NCBI GenBank assembly: GCA_043825735.1
Contig: JBDRRP010000105.1
Location: 1-64,000 of the forward strand
Reading direction: 5' to 3'
DNA length: 64,000 bases
Origin: Pseudomonadota bacterium
GTDB lineage: Bacteria > Desulfobacterota > Desulfobacteria > Desulfobacterales > JBDRRP01
Shown here: positions 48,427-59,900 of the stretch, piece by piece
How positions within the stretch are numbered: the first letter of the stretch is position 1
Layout: each line of letters starts with the position of its first letter
Notes under the pieces: generated by a model
Told to the model about the DNA's origin: nothing
Database searches by the model: none
The model's input: only the letters and a program-made list of their open reading frames with translations
Made by a program: the position numbers and the translations under genes

Positions 48427-49584
48427 ATGAAGGTTCGTTCGTCACTGCCTGTCGTCGTACTCACAGCCGTACTGGTGGTCATGTCCGTTGGCATCGCTGC
48501 CGGCCAGGACACTGCGGTGGAGCAGGTCTCCGATTACGGGACCATCGACTGGGTGGGAGAAAAACTGACGGCCGTGGGCCTCGGTGCGCCGGTGAACCGA
48601 CAGGTCGGCCCGGCCCAGATGCGTATTCTGGCGCAGCGCGCTGCCGTCGTGGTGGCCCGCAGAAACCTCCTCGAAGTGGTCAAAGGCGTCCATATCGATT
48701 CCACCAGCCGCCTTGAGAATTTTGTGCTCAAGGACGACACCATCGAGTCGCGGGTCAGTGGTGTGCTGGTCAATTCCACGGTGGACAAGATAGACTATCT
48801 CAACGACGGATCGGCCAAGGCCTGGGTGAGCATCCCCTTGAGCGGCGAACTGCGGGAGATGCTGCTGCGCGTGGCCGTGCAGGCGCCCGCCCCCGGCAGT
48901 GCACCGGAAACGGCGCGCATCGATGAACGCCTGGACCGGTTGGAACGCCGCATCATGGAACTGGAGCAGCAGGTGGGCGGCCTTCGGAAGACCAATGCCG
49001 CCTACAAGGAAATGGTTCACAGGCTTCAAGAATTTGTCGTCGCCTGGGTTGACTATTCGCGCAGCCGCCCGCTGGTCTTGCCGGCCGCCATGGACAATAC
49101 CGACACCGCCGCCATTGATGCCCGGCTGGCACGCCAGGAACTTCAGCTAAACGCCCTCTCCGCACGACTGGAGGACATGACCCACCGTCTGGAGATCATG
49201 GAAAACGCCGGCTCCAGAAAAACCGCACCGGCCACCACCAAGTCCCAGGTCAAATTCACGGGGCTCGTTATCGATGCCCGCGGCCTCGGTTTTCGCCCCT
49301 GCCTGAAGCCTGAAATCTATGGCAAGGAGGTGGTACTCTACCCCGGAGACTACATCGATCTGAATGTGGCCGTCTCCGGTGGCTACGTGCGCTACTACCG
49401 GGATCTGGCCAAGGCCCAGCAAAACGAGCGCGTCGGCACACTTCCCATGACCATCAAAGCCGTGGGCACCCAGTCAGGAGACCGGAACCTTACCATCAAC
49501 CCGGCTGACTTCGATCTGCTCCGGGAAATCTCCGCGATTCAGGGCAGTTTTCTCGGTCAATGCCGCATCATTATCGTATTTTAG
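48427..49584 (+). CDS. LPP20-like exported protein with coiled-coil insertion
   Basis: Signal peptide; GTIDW, AQRAAVVVARRNLLEVVKGVHIDS, FTGLVIDARG; GGAGG RBS. Confidence 0.7.
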   Translation: MKVRSSLPVVVLTAVLVVMSVGIAAGQDTAVEQVSDYGTIDWVGEKLTAVGLGAPVNRQVGPAQMRILAQRAAVVVARRNLLEVVKGVHIDSTSRLENFVLKDDTIESRVSGVLVNSTVDKIDYLNDGSAKAWVSIPLSGELREMLLRVAVQAPAPGSAPETARIDERLDRLERRIMELEQQVGGLRKTNAAYKEMVHRLQEFVVAWVDYSRSRPLVLPAAMDNTDTAAIDARLARQELQLNALSARLEDMTHRLEIMENAGSRKTAPATTKSQVKFTGLVIDARGLGFRPCLKPEIYGKEVVLYPGDYIDLNVAVSGGYVRYYRDLAKAQQNERVGTLPMTIKAVGTQSGDRNLTINPADFDLLREISAIQGSFLGQCRIIIVF

Positions 49585-49595
49585 GAGCTCTTATA

Positions 49596-50702
49596 ATGAA
49601 AACCGCTTCACGCGCTGTTATGGCTTTCGCCGGCATGTGCTTTATGATCTTGTTCGTGGCCGCACCCGCGGCGCTGTGGGCCGCTGAAGTGGTAACGGTG
49701 ACGGGTATGAGTTTTTACGAAGAGGGCCGTGAGGCCATCGCCCGCGAAAAAGCCCTGGACGACGCCAAGCGACAGGCCATCGAGCAGGCGCTGGGCACCC
49801 AGGTGAGCTCCCAGACAGTGGTGGAAAATTTCGAAGTGACCCGGGATCAGGTGATGAGCCACGCGGCCGGCTACCTGCGCGACATGCAGATTTTGCACGA
49901 AGGCAAGACGGATCTTGGCAGCTATGAAGTGGAGCTGCGGGCGCGCGTGGAAATTGGTGCGCTGGTGGCGGACATGGACCGATTCCGCAAGGTGCTCAGC
50001 TGGCAGAAGAACCCTCGGGTGGCCGTGACGCTGCCGGCCGGGATGGCCCCGGACGTGGTGCCCGCCGCACGCAAGGCCGCCCAGCGGCTCAGCCGGGAGC
50101 TGAGCGCGGACGGGTTTCAGGTGTTCACAGCCACCGCCGACAAGACGCCGACGCTGGGACTGTTAGTGGTGCTGGGGCTGGAGCTCTCCAGCAGCACGTC
50201 GGAATACCAGGGCGTAAAACTTCAGCTTCACGAAGTGAGCCTGACGGCCGCCATCGAGCGCCCGGGTACGGGGGAGCTCCTGGCAACGTCCTCCGCGGTA
50301 AAGTCGCTGCCGGGTGCCAATCGACTGGCAGTGCTCGACAAGGGGGCCGCAGAGTGCGTGACGGCGGTGTGGAAAGACCTGCGCCGGCAGCTGGTAAGAC
50401 TGTGGGAGCAGGAGCTTTACAGTCAGCGCCAGATCGATCTGGTGGTGCATAACGTGAGCGACCACGCCCACGCCGCGGAGATGGCTGCCGTACTCAAGTC
50501 GGACGTGAGCAGCGTCGTGGATGTGCAACTGGTCAATTTTTCGGGGAAAACGGCTGAGTTTGGACTTCAGTACAAAGGCTGGCCCGAACACCTTGCCAAT
50601 GAATTGCAGATGGCGCACTTTAAAAGTCGCTATTTTGACATGACCTTGAAGTCCATTGCCGGCAGCCGCTTGGAGATGTCGCTGAATACTCAGGCCCAGT
50701 AA
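49596..50702 (+). CDS. Exported protein with FlgT N-terminal-like domain
   Basis: AREKALDDAKRQAIEQALGTQVSSQTVV...YEVELRARV; AGGAG RBS. Confidence 0.7.
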   Translation: MKTASRAVMAFAGMCFMILFVAAPAALWAAEVVTVTGMSFYEEGREAIAREKALDDAKRQAIEQALGTQVSSQTVVENFEVTRDQVMSHAAGYLRDMQILHEGKTDLGSYEVELRARVEIGALVADMDRFRKVLSWQKNPRVAVTLPAGMAPDVVPAARKAAQRLSRELSADGFQVFTATADKTPTLGLLVVLGLELSSSTSEYQGVKLQLHEVSLTAAIERPGTGELLATSSAVKSLPGANRLAVLDKGAAECVTAVWKDLRRQLVRLWEQELYSQRQIDLVVHNVSDHAHAAEMAAVLKSDVSSVVDVQLVNFSGKTAEFGLQYKGWPEHLANELQMAHFKSRYFDMTLKSIAGSRLEMSLNTQAQ

Positions 50703-50795
50703 CCCCCGCCTTCCGCATCGCTGCGGAAGCGGCCCCCTGTAAACCCGATCGCCGAGAGGCGTATGCGCCTGCCACAGCAGCGCTGCCAGGGGTAA

Positions 50796-51749
50796 ATGCC
50801 ATTGACAACGATACCTGCCCCGAGGCACCTGCAACGCATCATTTGCCGCTGCTGGGCGTTGACGCTTGTTGCCATCGTCATGACCGCGATGATGCTTCCC
50901 CGGGTATGGTGCGCACCGGAGCCCCCGCCGACAGACGCCATCGAACGCGTTGACGGTGGCGTCATCAACTGGTCGAACGGGACGCTTCATGCCGTTGGGA
51001 TCTCCTCACCACAGGCCATCGGCGACACCGCCGGTGGCATTCCGGAGCGCGTGCTCATGGGGGCAAAGGCCAACGCTGTCGAACGCCTGCTGCACACCGC
51101 ACGGCAGGTCCGTATCCGCTCGGACCTGACGATCGGCGGTGCCATGGACGGCGCCCCCCGCGTAGCCGCGGAATTTAAAGCCCTCCTCCAGAATCTGCCC
51201 GTTGCCAACCAGCGATACCTTTCAGATGGAACGGCTGAAATCGAAATGATGCTGCCACTATACAGCGGGCCGGCGCAGTTGTTGCTCCCCGACGATATCC
51301 GCCAGGTGCAACCGATCATGGCAATCGCCCCATCCCCCCCGCCCGCTCCCGAATCAACGCCCCCCCCGGCACCGACAGCGGCACCGTCACCCAAGCAGCG
51401 CCCGTATACGGGATGGGTGCTGGATGCGCGTGGCACCGGTGCCAGAGCGGCCATGTCCATCGCCGTCAGGGATGAAAGCGGACGGACGGTTTACGGCTCG
51501 GCCTTCGTCAGCAGGGAGTTTGCCGTACATGCCGGCATGAGCGGTTACAGCGCCGTCATGGATCCGGCAGCCGCGGCGGCCCGGGTGGGCGCGCTGCCCA
51601 TGACCACACGGGTGCTTAGGGCCGTCGGAGAAACGCGCTGTGATCTGGTGGTCAGCAACGCCGACGCCGCCCGGTTGCGCAGCGCAGTGGCGCACCTCGC
51701 ATTTCTCAGGGAGTGCCGCGTGCTCGTCGTCCTCGACCCGCAGCCATAA
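50796..51749 (+). CDS. LPP20-like exported protein, paralog of 48427-49584, with Pro-rich linker
   Basis: GVINWSNG, YLSDGTA, YTGWVLDARG, FLRECRVLVV. Confidence 0.68.
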   Translation: MPLTTIPAPRHLQRIICRCWALTLVAIVMTAMMLPRVWCAPEPPPTDAIERVDGGVINWSNGTLHAVGISSPQAIGDTAGGIPERVLMGAKANAVERLLHTARQVRIRSDLTIGGAMDGAPRVAAEFKALLQNLPVANQRYLSDGTAEIEMMLPLYSGPAQLLLPDDIRQVQPIMAIAPSPPPAPESTPPPAPTAAPSPKQRPYTGWVLDARGTGARAAMSIAVRDESGRTVYGSAFVSREFAVHAGMSGYSAVMDPAAAAARVGALPMTTRVLRAVGETRCDLVVSNADAARLRSAVAHLAFLRECRVLVVLDPQP

Positions 51750-51807
51750 AGCCTGCCGTCTCACGATGCGCGATACGATGCGTCAATGTTGCAGTGCCCC
51801 CCAAATG

Positions 51808-51929
51808 GTGACAAGCTTTTAAAAAGCAATTTTCTCGCCAAGCCGCAAAGATCGCAAAGTTAACGAATTGATAATAAAAATGTTTTTCTTGGCGTCGTTG
51901 CGAGAAAATTGCTTTTTTACGGATTCATC
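51808..51929. repeat. MITE-like element related to 13898-14061 and 15117-15247
   Basis: AAAAAGCAATTTTCTCGC ... GCGAGAAAATTGCTTTTT inverted ends; CGCAAAG units. Confidence 0.75.
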
Positions 51930-52074
51930 TTCTTTAGAGCGTGCAAAGAAAAGAACACGCTCATCGAAGTGATTGACTTGAAACAAAGTCGAACCCCGGT
52001 AAACCGGCCAGTTGTCCCGTCATGACGACGCACAAGCGTCGTTACAACACACTATAGCGCGCGGCAGCGCCCTG

Positions 52075-52109
52075 AAAAAAACGGCCGGCGGGGAAATCCC
52101 CACCGGCCG
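52075..52109 (-). terminator. Rho-independent terminator after ahcY
   Basis: CGGCCGGTGGGG-ATTT-CCCCGCCGGCCG plus T7. Confidence 0.85.
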
Positions 52110-52136
52110 CGCTGCCTGTTTCAATTCTCTGAGTGG

Positions 52137-53591
52137 CTAATAACGGTAATGATCCGGTTTATAAGGACCTTCCACCGGTACGCCGAGATAATCGGCCTGC
52201 TCCTGGGTGAGCGTGGTGAGTTTTGCGCCCAGCCGTCCCAGGTGAAGGCGGGCCACTTCCTCGTCCAAGGTCTTGGGCAATGTGTACACTTCCGGCGCCA
52301 GATCCTCGGCGGCCAGCTTGATCTGAGCCAGGCACTGATTGGTGAAGCTGTTGCTCATGACAAAGCTGGGATGCCCGGTAGCGCAGCCCAGATTCACCAG
52401 GCGTCCCTCGGCCAGGATGATCACCGAACGACCGGACTTGAGGATCCACTTGTCCACCTGGGGTTTGATGTTCACTTTGCGGCACTGCGGCGTCGTCTCT
52501 AGATACGTCATGTCGATTTCGTTGTCGAAGTGCCCGATGTTGCAGATGATAGCCTCGTTTTTCATCATCTCCATATGGGCTCCGGTGATGACTTTGTAGC
52601 AGCCGGTGGCCGAAACGAAAATATCAGCCAGATGGGCCACCTCTTCCAGGGGTTTGACCTCGAAGCCTTCCATGGCTGCCTGCAGGGCACAGATGGGATC
52701 GACTTCCGTCACAAGAACCCGGGCCCCGAAACCGCGCATCGAATGGGCGCACCCTTTGCCCACATCACCGTAGCCGCAGACCACGATAGTCTTTCCGGCG
52801 ACCATGATGTCGGTGGCCCGCTTGATGCCGTCGGCCAGTGATTCGCGGCACCCGTAAAGGTTGTCGAATTTGCTTTTGGTGACCGAGTCGTTGACATTGA
52901 TGGCGGCAAAGAGCAGCTTTTTTTCTTTGGCCAGTTGATAGAGCCGGTGAACGCCGGTGGTCGTCTCTTCGGAAACCCCGCGGATGCCAGCGGCCACACG
53001 GGTCCACAGTCCGGGATCCCGCTCATAGGTCGCTTTCAGCCGGGCCATGAGATGTTTCATGTCGGCACTGTCGTACTTGCGCGCGAACAGGCTGGGGTCT
53101 TTCTCGGCAGCCACCCCGTGATGAACCATCAAAGTGGCGTCTCCGCCGTCATCCACGATCAGATGCGGTCCGCTGCCATCGGGCCACAGCAGGGCCTGTT
53201 CGGTGCACCACCAATATTCGGGAAGATTCTCCCCTTTCCAGGCGAACACCGCTGCCGAACCGTTCTTGGCGATTGCCGCAGCGGCATGATCCTGGGTGGA
53301 GAAAATGTTGCAGGACGCCCACCGGACATCGGCCCCCAGAATTTTGAGGGTTTCGATGAGCATGGCCGTCTGGATGGTCATGTGAAGGCTGCCGGTGACC
53401 TTCAACCCGCGAAGGGGCTGTGAGGGACCGTATTTCTCACGAACGGCCATGAGACCGGGCATCTCGTTTTCCGCCAACTGCATTTCTCTGTTTCCGAAAT
53501 CGGCAAGACCGATGTCGGCAACTTTATAGGGCAGATCCGGCATGATTTCGAGAATGGCGCCGGCGGCTTCTTTCAATTGTGTTACGGACAT
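52137..53591 (-). CDS. ahcY: Adenosylhomocysteinase
   Basis: [44 protein letters not shown]. Confidence 0.98.
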   Translation of the reverse strand: MSVTQLKEAAGAILEIMPDLPYKVADIGLADFGNREMQLAENEMPGLMAVREKYGPSQPLRGLKVTGSLHMTIQTAMLIETLKILGADVRWASCNIFSTQDHAAAAIAKNGSAAVFAWKGENLPEYWWCTEQALLWPDGSGPHLIVDDGGDATLMVHHGVAAEKDPSLFARKYDSADMKHLMARLKATYERDPGLWTRVAAGIRGVSEETTTGVHRLYQLAKEKKLLFAAINVNDSVTKSKFDNLYGCRESLADGIKRATDIMVAGKTIVVCGYGDVGKGCAHSMRGFGARVLVTEVDPICALQAAMEGFEVKPLEEVAHLADIFVSATGCYKVITGAHMEMMKNEAIICNIGHFDNEIDMTYLETTPQCRKVNIKPQVDKWILKSGRSVIILAEGRLVNLGCATGHPSFVMSNSFTNQCLAQIKLAAEDLAPEVYTLPKTLDEEVARLHLGRLGAKLTTLTQEQADYLGVPVEGPYKPDHYRY

Positions 53592-53643
53592 GATTTCACT
53601 CCTGTTATGGATGGGCACTCGTTCGGTTGCGCTGCTTGGTGGG

Positions 53644-54813
53644 CTACAGGCCGGCCAGGTCCTTGAGTCTCTCCACCTGGTTGGTGCGCTCCCAGGTGAA
53701 CTCGGGCTCGGTGCGGCCGAAATGACCGTAGGCGGCGGTTTTCCTGTAAATGGGCCGCTTCAGGTCCAGATACTCGATAATGGCCCGCGGGCGCAGATCG
53801 AAGATCTCTCTTACCAGTGCTTCCAATCGGGCCTTGGGCACGATGCCGGTGCCCATGGGATCCACCATGACCGACACGGGCTGGGCCACACCGATGGCGT
53901 AGGCGATCTGGACCTCGCACTTTCTGGCCAGACCGGCGGCGACGATGTTTTTGGCAATGTGGCGGCCCATGTAGGAGGCGCTGCGGTCCACCTTGGACGG
54001 GTCCTTTCCGGAAAAGCACCCGCCGCCATGGCTGCCCTGGCCGCCGTAAGTGTCCACGATGATCTTGCGCCCGGTAAGACCGCAGTCACCCATGGGACCG
54101 CCCACTACAAACCGGCCGGTGGGGTTGATAAAGTACTTGGTATCGCCGTCCACCATTTCCCGCGGAATCACTTTCTTGATGACCTCTTCGATGACGGCTT
54201 CACGCAGATCGTCGTAGGTGACGTCGGGCTTGTGCTGCGTGGAGACGACGATAGCGTCAACCCGCCTGGGAGTGCCGTTGTCATACTCGATGGTGACCTG
54301 GGACTTGCCGTCGGGACGCAGAAAATCGAGGGCCCCGTTTTTACGGACCTCTGCCAGGCGCCGGGTGAGCTTGTGGGCGTACATGATGGGCATGGGCATC
54401 AACTCAGGCGTTTCGTTGGTGGCAAATCCGAACATGAGCCCCTGATCGCCGGCCCCCTGCTCCTTATACAGCCCCTCGCCTTCATTCACCCCCTGGGCAA
54501 TATCCTGGGACTGCTGGTCGATGCTGGTGATCACCGAACACGTCTGCCAGTCGAATCCCATCTGGGATGAGGAATAGCCGATCTCGCGAATGGTTTCCCG
54601 GACGATGGTCGGCATGTGGACGTAGCAATTGGTGGAAATTTCGCCGGCGATAAACGCCAGCCCGGTGGTGACCATGGTCTCGCAGGCCACCCGGCACTGG
54701 GTATCCTGGGTCATGATGGCATCCAGGACGGCGTCGGAGATGGCATCGGCGATTTTGTCCGGGTGCCCTTCGGTGACGGATTCGGAGGTGAAGAGGTAGC
54801 TGTCTTTGCTCAT
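53644..54813 (-). CDS. metK: S-adenosylmethionine synthase
   Basis: [35 protein letters not shown]. Confidence 0.98.
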   Translation of the reverse strand: MSKDSYLFTSESVTEGHPDKIADAISDAVLDAIMTQDTQCRVACETMVTTGLAFIAGEISTNCYVHMPTIVRETIREIGYSSSQMGFDWQTCSVITSIDQQSQDIAQGVNEGEGLYKEQGAGDQGLMFGFATNETPELMPMPIMYAHKLTRRLAEVRKNGALDFLRPDGKSQVTIEYDNGTPRRVDAIVVSTQHKPDVTYDDLREAVIEEVIKKVIPREMVDGDTKYFINPTGRFVVGGPMGDCGLTGRKIIVDTYGGQGSHGGGCFSGKDPSKVDRSASYMGRHIAKNIVAAGLARKCEVQIAYAIGVAQPVSVMVDPMGTGIVPKARLEALVREIFDLRPRAIIEYLDLKRPIYRKTAAYGHFGRTEPEFTWERTNQVERLKDLAGL

Positions 54814-54931
54814 GATGTCTCCTTGGTTATGATCGCGCCTGCCCCTTGGGCAGGCATCCATTTATGTGTCTTAAAAAAGCAAAGCCCTCATCGTAACAGG
54901 CAAACACAGTGTGCTACGCTGGGCGGCGGCC

Positions 54932-55783
54932 TCAGACACGGGTCTCCAGGGCCATGTTGTCTATCAACCGGGTCTTGCCCACCCAAACCGCCAGAATCAT
55001 ACGGGTGCTGCCGGCGATGGTGGCCACGGGTTCCAGGGTGCCGGGATCCACAATAGCGATGTAATCGATCCGAGTGCCTTCATGGGCTGCAATGGACGCC
55101 TCGGCCTCACGGAGGACCTCACGGGCGTCGGCAGCACCGTCAGCGACCCTTTCCCGGGCGCGCCACAGGGCGCGGCTCAGACTCAGGGCGGCCTCTCGCT
55201 GATGGGCTTCAAGGTAGGCATTACGGGAGCTCATGGCCAACCCGTCAGGCTCCCTGACCGTGGCCCCGCCGATGATCTGAATGGGAAAATCAAGATCCGT
55301 CACCAGCCGGCGGATAATGGCCAGCTGCTGGAAGTCTTTTTCCCCGAACACGGCCACATCCGGCTGCACGATGTTAAAAAGCTTGGTCACCACGGTGGCC
55401 ACCCCGCGGAAAAAAACCGGCCGCGACCGGCCGCACAACCCGCGGGGCAGCTGTTCGAGACTCACATAGGTCTGAAACCCCGGCGGATAGATCTCCCCGA
55501 CATCGGGGAAAAAAAGCAGGTCCACCCCCACCTCGCGGCAAAGCCGCTCATCCTTTTCCGGATCCCGTGGATAGGTATCCAGATCTTCGCCCGGGCCAAA
55601 CTGGGCAGGGTTGACGAAAATGCTGACCACCAGGACATCGGTGCGGCGCCGGGCCTCGCGCATGAGCGACAGATGCCCTTCGTGAAGAAACCCCATGGTG
55701 GGAACGAAACCGATGCGCCGGCCGCCACGCTTCAGCGCTGCCGCGGTCTCCTGCATTTGCTGTGATCGATGAATCGTTTCCAT
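54932..55783 (-). CDS. panC: Pantoate--beta-alanine ligase
   Basis: PTMGFLHEGH, FGEKDFQQ, DGLAMSSRN, RLIDN. Confidence 0.98.
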   Translation of the reverse strand: METIHRSQQMQETAAALKRGGRRIGFVPTMGFLHEGHLSLMREARRRTDVLVVSIFVNPAQFGPGEDLDTYPRDPEKDERLCREVGVDLLFFPDVGEIYPPGFQTYVSLEQLPRGLCGRSRPVFFRGVATVVTKLFNIVQPDVAVFGEKDFQQLAIIRRLVTDLDFPIQIIGGATVREPDGLAMSSRNAYLEAHQREAALSLSRALWRARERVADGAADAREVLREAEASIAAHEGTRIDYIAIVDPGTLEPVATIAGSTRMILAVWVGKTRLIDNMALETRV

Positions 55784-55988
55784 AGCCTCTTTTCAGCACA
55801 TCACCGCTGGCGGAACCCGTTCACGGCCACCGATCCTGCGGTTATCGCCTGAACCGGGTAAATTAAAGAAAATCAAGCGCGCTGTCAAACAATAAATATC
55901 TTCCAGACGGCGGATTTGAAAGGCAAGGGCTCTGCAAGAGCGAAAACGCCGCGATGCGGGCGTGCGCCGGCGGGTGCGCGCGAGCCGT

Positions 55989-56729
55989 TCAATGCTCCGG
56001 CGTTTCGGCGGCGATGGCGGCACACGCCTCGGCCATTGTGGCTGCAAAGGGGAGCGTCTTGGGAACACCGATCATTTCCATGATGATCCTGAAATTCTCA
56101 CACAACCCGGAGATGGCGACCGGAAGACCACGCTCCTTGAGATCGGCCAGCAGTCGTATGAACAGGTCGAGTCCGGCGCCGTTGAAGGACGCGTGAGGGG
56201 CAAATTCAAACACCACGCCCGGGCAGCCGGCAACATCATCGGCCTGAGCGATGCGTCGCAGCGTCTCTTTACCGGAGGCATTGAGAACGCCCTCAATAAA
56301 TACAACGGCGGGATGATCGACAGTGGTTGGCGTCGCGGTCACCCGGCACCGGCGGGCCTCGGGGTGGCGGATACGGTGCTCGGCCCGATCCAGAGCGGTC
56401 TGCAACGCGGTGCGACTCACCGGTTTATTGATAAAATCGGTGGCATCGAGATTCAGGGCGCGCAGGACCAGATCCATGTCCCCGTGCCCCGTGATAACGA
56501 TGACTTCGGTTTCCGGCGAGGCCGCCTTGATAGCCCTGAGGACATCGAACCCGTCGATGCCCGGCATCTTGAGATCGGTAAAAACCAGGGGCGGTTTTTC
56601 AGCACCAAACAGCGCGAGCCCGGTGTCGCCGTCCTCGGCGACAAGGACATCATAGCCGAAAGCCTTGAGAAACAGCCGAAACATGGTGAGCGTGGCTTTT
56701 TCATCATCGATGACCAAAACGCTTGGCAT
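55989..56729 (-). CDS. Response regulator receiver fused to a STAS-like domain
   Basis: VLVIDDE, TDLKMP, ITGHG, FINKP; C-terminal STAS-like pattern; GAGGAGG RBS. Confidence 0.85.
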   Translation of the reverse strand: MPSVLVIDDEKATLTMFRLFLKAFGYDVLVAEDGDTGLALFGAEKPPLVFTDLKMPGIDGFDVLRAIKAASPETEVIVITGHGDMDLVLRALNLDATDFINKPVSRTALQTALDRAEHRIRHPEARRCRVTATPTTVDHPAVVFIEGVLNASGKETLRRIAQADDVAGCPGVVFEFAPHASFNGAGLDLFIRLLADLKERGLPVAISGLCENFRIIMEMIGVPKTLPFAATMAEACAAIAAETPEH

Positions 56730-56928
56730 GGGAAAAGTCGACCTCCTCGTGGCTGACAGCGCCGGCAACGGCGGTGGGGCTGTGCGCTCGCCAATGTCGC
56801 GCGTCGGATTGACAGATGGCTGCTTTATCCAATACCATTTTGAACGGCACGACGGCAAGGCCCCGCGCCAGTATACACCGTGCCGCCGGGTTAACCGGTC
56901 GCGGCTTTTCCTCATTACGGAACCAGTG

Positions 56929-59900
56929 ATGCCACTGAACCTGACCAAAATCACCCCGCCGGTCACGCCGCACGTACTGCGCCGCCAGCTCCTTAACGCC
57001 CGTTTGGACGCCGCTCCTCAAAAACGGGTGGTGCTGGTACTGGGGCAGGCGGCCCAGGGAAAATCCACCCTGGTGGCGGATTATCTCTCCCAAAAGGATA
57101 CGCCCGCGGCATGGCTTCATCTGGATAGCACGGATGCCGACCCCGTCAATTTCTTTTTACTCCTGGTCAATGCGCTGACCCTTGCCCTAAAAGGCATCAC
57201 CGCCGACGTCCATCTGGCATCTCCCCCGGTGACCCTGGGACCAAAGGCCGGCCGCCAGCGCTACCGCGAGCGCATCGGCCGGCTGCTGCGCGATATCGCC
57301 GGGCCCTTCAACCTGGTCATGGACGGGATGGAATGCCTGCCGCCGGAGGCCCCCTCGCTCCAGCTCATCGACTGGGTGCTGGAGCGCCTGCCCGCCGATG
57401 CTACCGCCTATCTGATCAGCCGTACGCAGCCGGCATTGCGGCTGTCGCGGTTCCGGGTACGCCAGGAAATGATCCTGATCACCAACGCGGATCTGGCTTT
57501 CAGTGCCCAGGAAGCCGACGCATTCTTCCGCCGTCGCCTATCGGGCCCCCTCCGTCCAAAACACCTGAAAGACATCCATCGCGCAACCGAAGGCTGGGCC
57601 GGAGGCCTGGTACTGGCTGCGGAACTGATGGACCATGCCGGGTCGAAAAGCGACGGCCCCCGGCTGGCAAACATCTTGGAGCACACGTTTAGGGAGGAAA
57701 CTCTGGCCTTTTTCTCGGAAGAAATCTTCGCGGCCCTGCCTGAAGAGACCCGGGCGTTTCTCGTTGCCGCCGCACTTCCTGAAACCATCGAGCCGCGTCT
57801 TCTCAACGGCGTCGTTGACACCCGCCTGGCCGAATCCCTCTTTGACGACCTGCTCCAGCGCAATCTCTTTATCCAGACGGTCGTCGATCCGGAATGCGGC
57901 ATGCGATACCGGTTTCACCAATTGTTCCGGGATTTTCTCCTTACCCGATTTGAGCGCACCACCGCGCTGGACCAGCAGCAGCGGATCCTTTCGCGCCTAG
58001 CCGAAAACCTCGATGGTGAAGGCCGGGTTGAAGACGCCATCGGCTTTTATCACAGGGCCGGGCGCATCGATCGGGTGGCCGATGTCATCAAAAAAATCGG
58101 TACCGACCTGGTGGTCAGCGGGCGCATCGCCGACCTGCACCGCTACCTGGCATGGATTCCCGGAAATCACGCACCTCAGGACAACTGGCTCGCGTTTTAC
58201 CGTATCCTGTGTCGCCGGCTGCGCAAGGGCCCCGGGGACGTGGACGCCTTTACCGCGGTGAATCGCGCTTTCACCGCCGCCGGCGACACCAAAGGCATGC
58301 TGCTGTCAACGGCTTACCGTATCGAATCGGCCGTCTTTGCCGGCATCTCTTCGGACAAGGTCTTAGCGTGGATCGCAGACGCGGAATCACTGCTGAAATC
58401 GCTGCGCGGGCGTCGCTATTTTGCCTATGCCAAAACGCTGCTGTGGATGCAGGTCGGATTCGGCGCCATCGCCGCCGGCGGCAATACCCGCCGAGGCATC
58501 GCCGCCTGCGAGCAGGCCTGCCGGATGGCCGAGCGGATCGGCGAGACCACCCTTCAAAACAATGCCGCCGTTATCGGTGCCTTCGGACATATCACCGCCG
58601 GTGATTTCGAGCGGGCGACGATCACGCTGGCGGCAGTGGGGTCAGCCATCGACGGCACCACCTACCCCGAATACCGCGCGCTCAGGCATATTCTGAGTCT
58701 GGAGCTGATGTTGATCGAAGGTCGTTTTACCGAGGCCGAAGCGCTTGTAAACACGCTTCAGCAGGAAATCGACACCCATGATCTGCTGTTTATCTACCCC
58801 TTGTTCATCGAGCAGGTGGGGCGTCTCAGGATCTGCCAGGGTGCCCTGGCGAGCGCCGATGTCCAGGTGCGCCACTTGGGTGACATCGCGGCCCTGACAT
58901 CCAACCCGCTTCTGGAAGCACTGGCGCTGCGGCTGGAAGGTGCCGTCAGCTATCACAAGGGCCGGTATGTGGCCGCCGCAAGGCAACTGGCCGTGGCCGG
59001 GCAGCGGTTGACCGCGCACGATCCCGACTGTCACCATGCCATCATGGTCGGGGTGCTGCAGGATGTCGTAGGGCGCCATGTAACACCGGACACCGATATC
59101 ACGGCCCATCTGAGCGCCGCCCTGGCTGGGTTTATCACGCCTGGAAACGCCGCCGCCGCAGCCGAAATCCATCTGGCCCTGGCGCTGGCTGCCGCCTCGG
59201 GAGCAACGGACGCGTCGATGCGGCCTCACCTGGAAGCTGGTTTCGCGATGATCTCCAAAAACGGTCAAAACGCTTTTTTACTGCTCAATCGCAGTGATGT
59301 CATCGCGGCCTGCCTTCTGGCCGCAGAAATATCGTCAACCCCGGAGCTGACAGCAACGGCAACCGCGATAATGGACCGGGTCGTGGCACCCCTTCCCCCC
59401 GACGAGGCCTCCATAATTATGGCCGAACTGCGCGGCGTAACGCCCGGCGGCGGCAGCCGTGCGGATATCGCCACGGCCCCGCCACCCGCTTTGCTGCTGC
59501 ATATCCGAACCTTCGGCGGTTTTTCGGTCTGCCGGGATCAGACGAAGGCCATTGCCAGTCGGGACTGGGGTGGCGGCAAACCACGCAACCTGCTGAAGGC
59601 CATCATCGTCCACGGCGTGAGAGACATCCCCCGCGAGGTGCTCATGGAGGATCTGTGGCCGGAAAGCCCGCCGGAGGCCGGTGCCAAGCGCTTTAAAGTC
59701 ACCCTCCACAGGCTTCGCAAAGTGCTGGAACCGGCATTGAATCCGGCTCACGGGTCCCGCTATGTCCATCTCACAGATAACCGGGTGTCCCTGGACCCGG
59801 CTTTTTGCCGGGTGGATGTGGAACAGTTTCTCGATGCCTATAAAGCCTTCAACCGCAGCAGGGTGTCTGCAGACACTGATTCCATGATGCGCGCCGGCCG

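Noticed and set aside
54814..54931. SAM riboswitch upstream of metK
   Set aside because: No SAM-I core motifs seen; only one short hairpin
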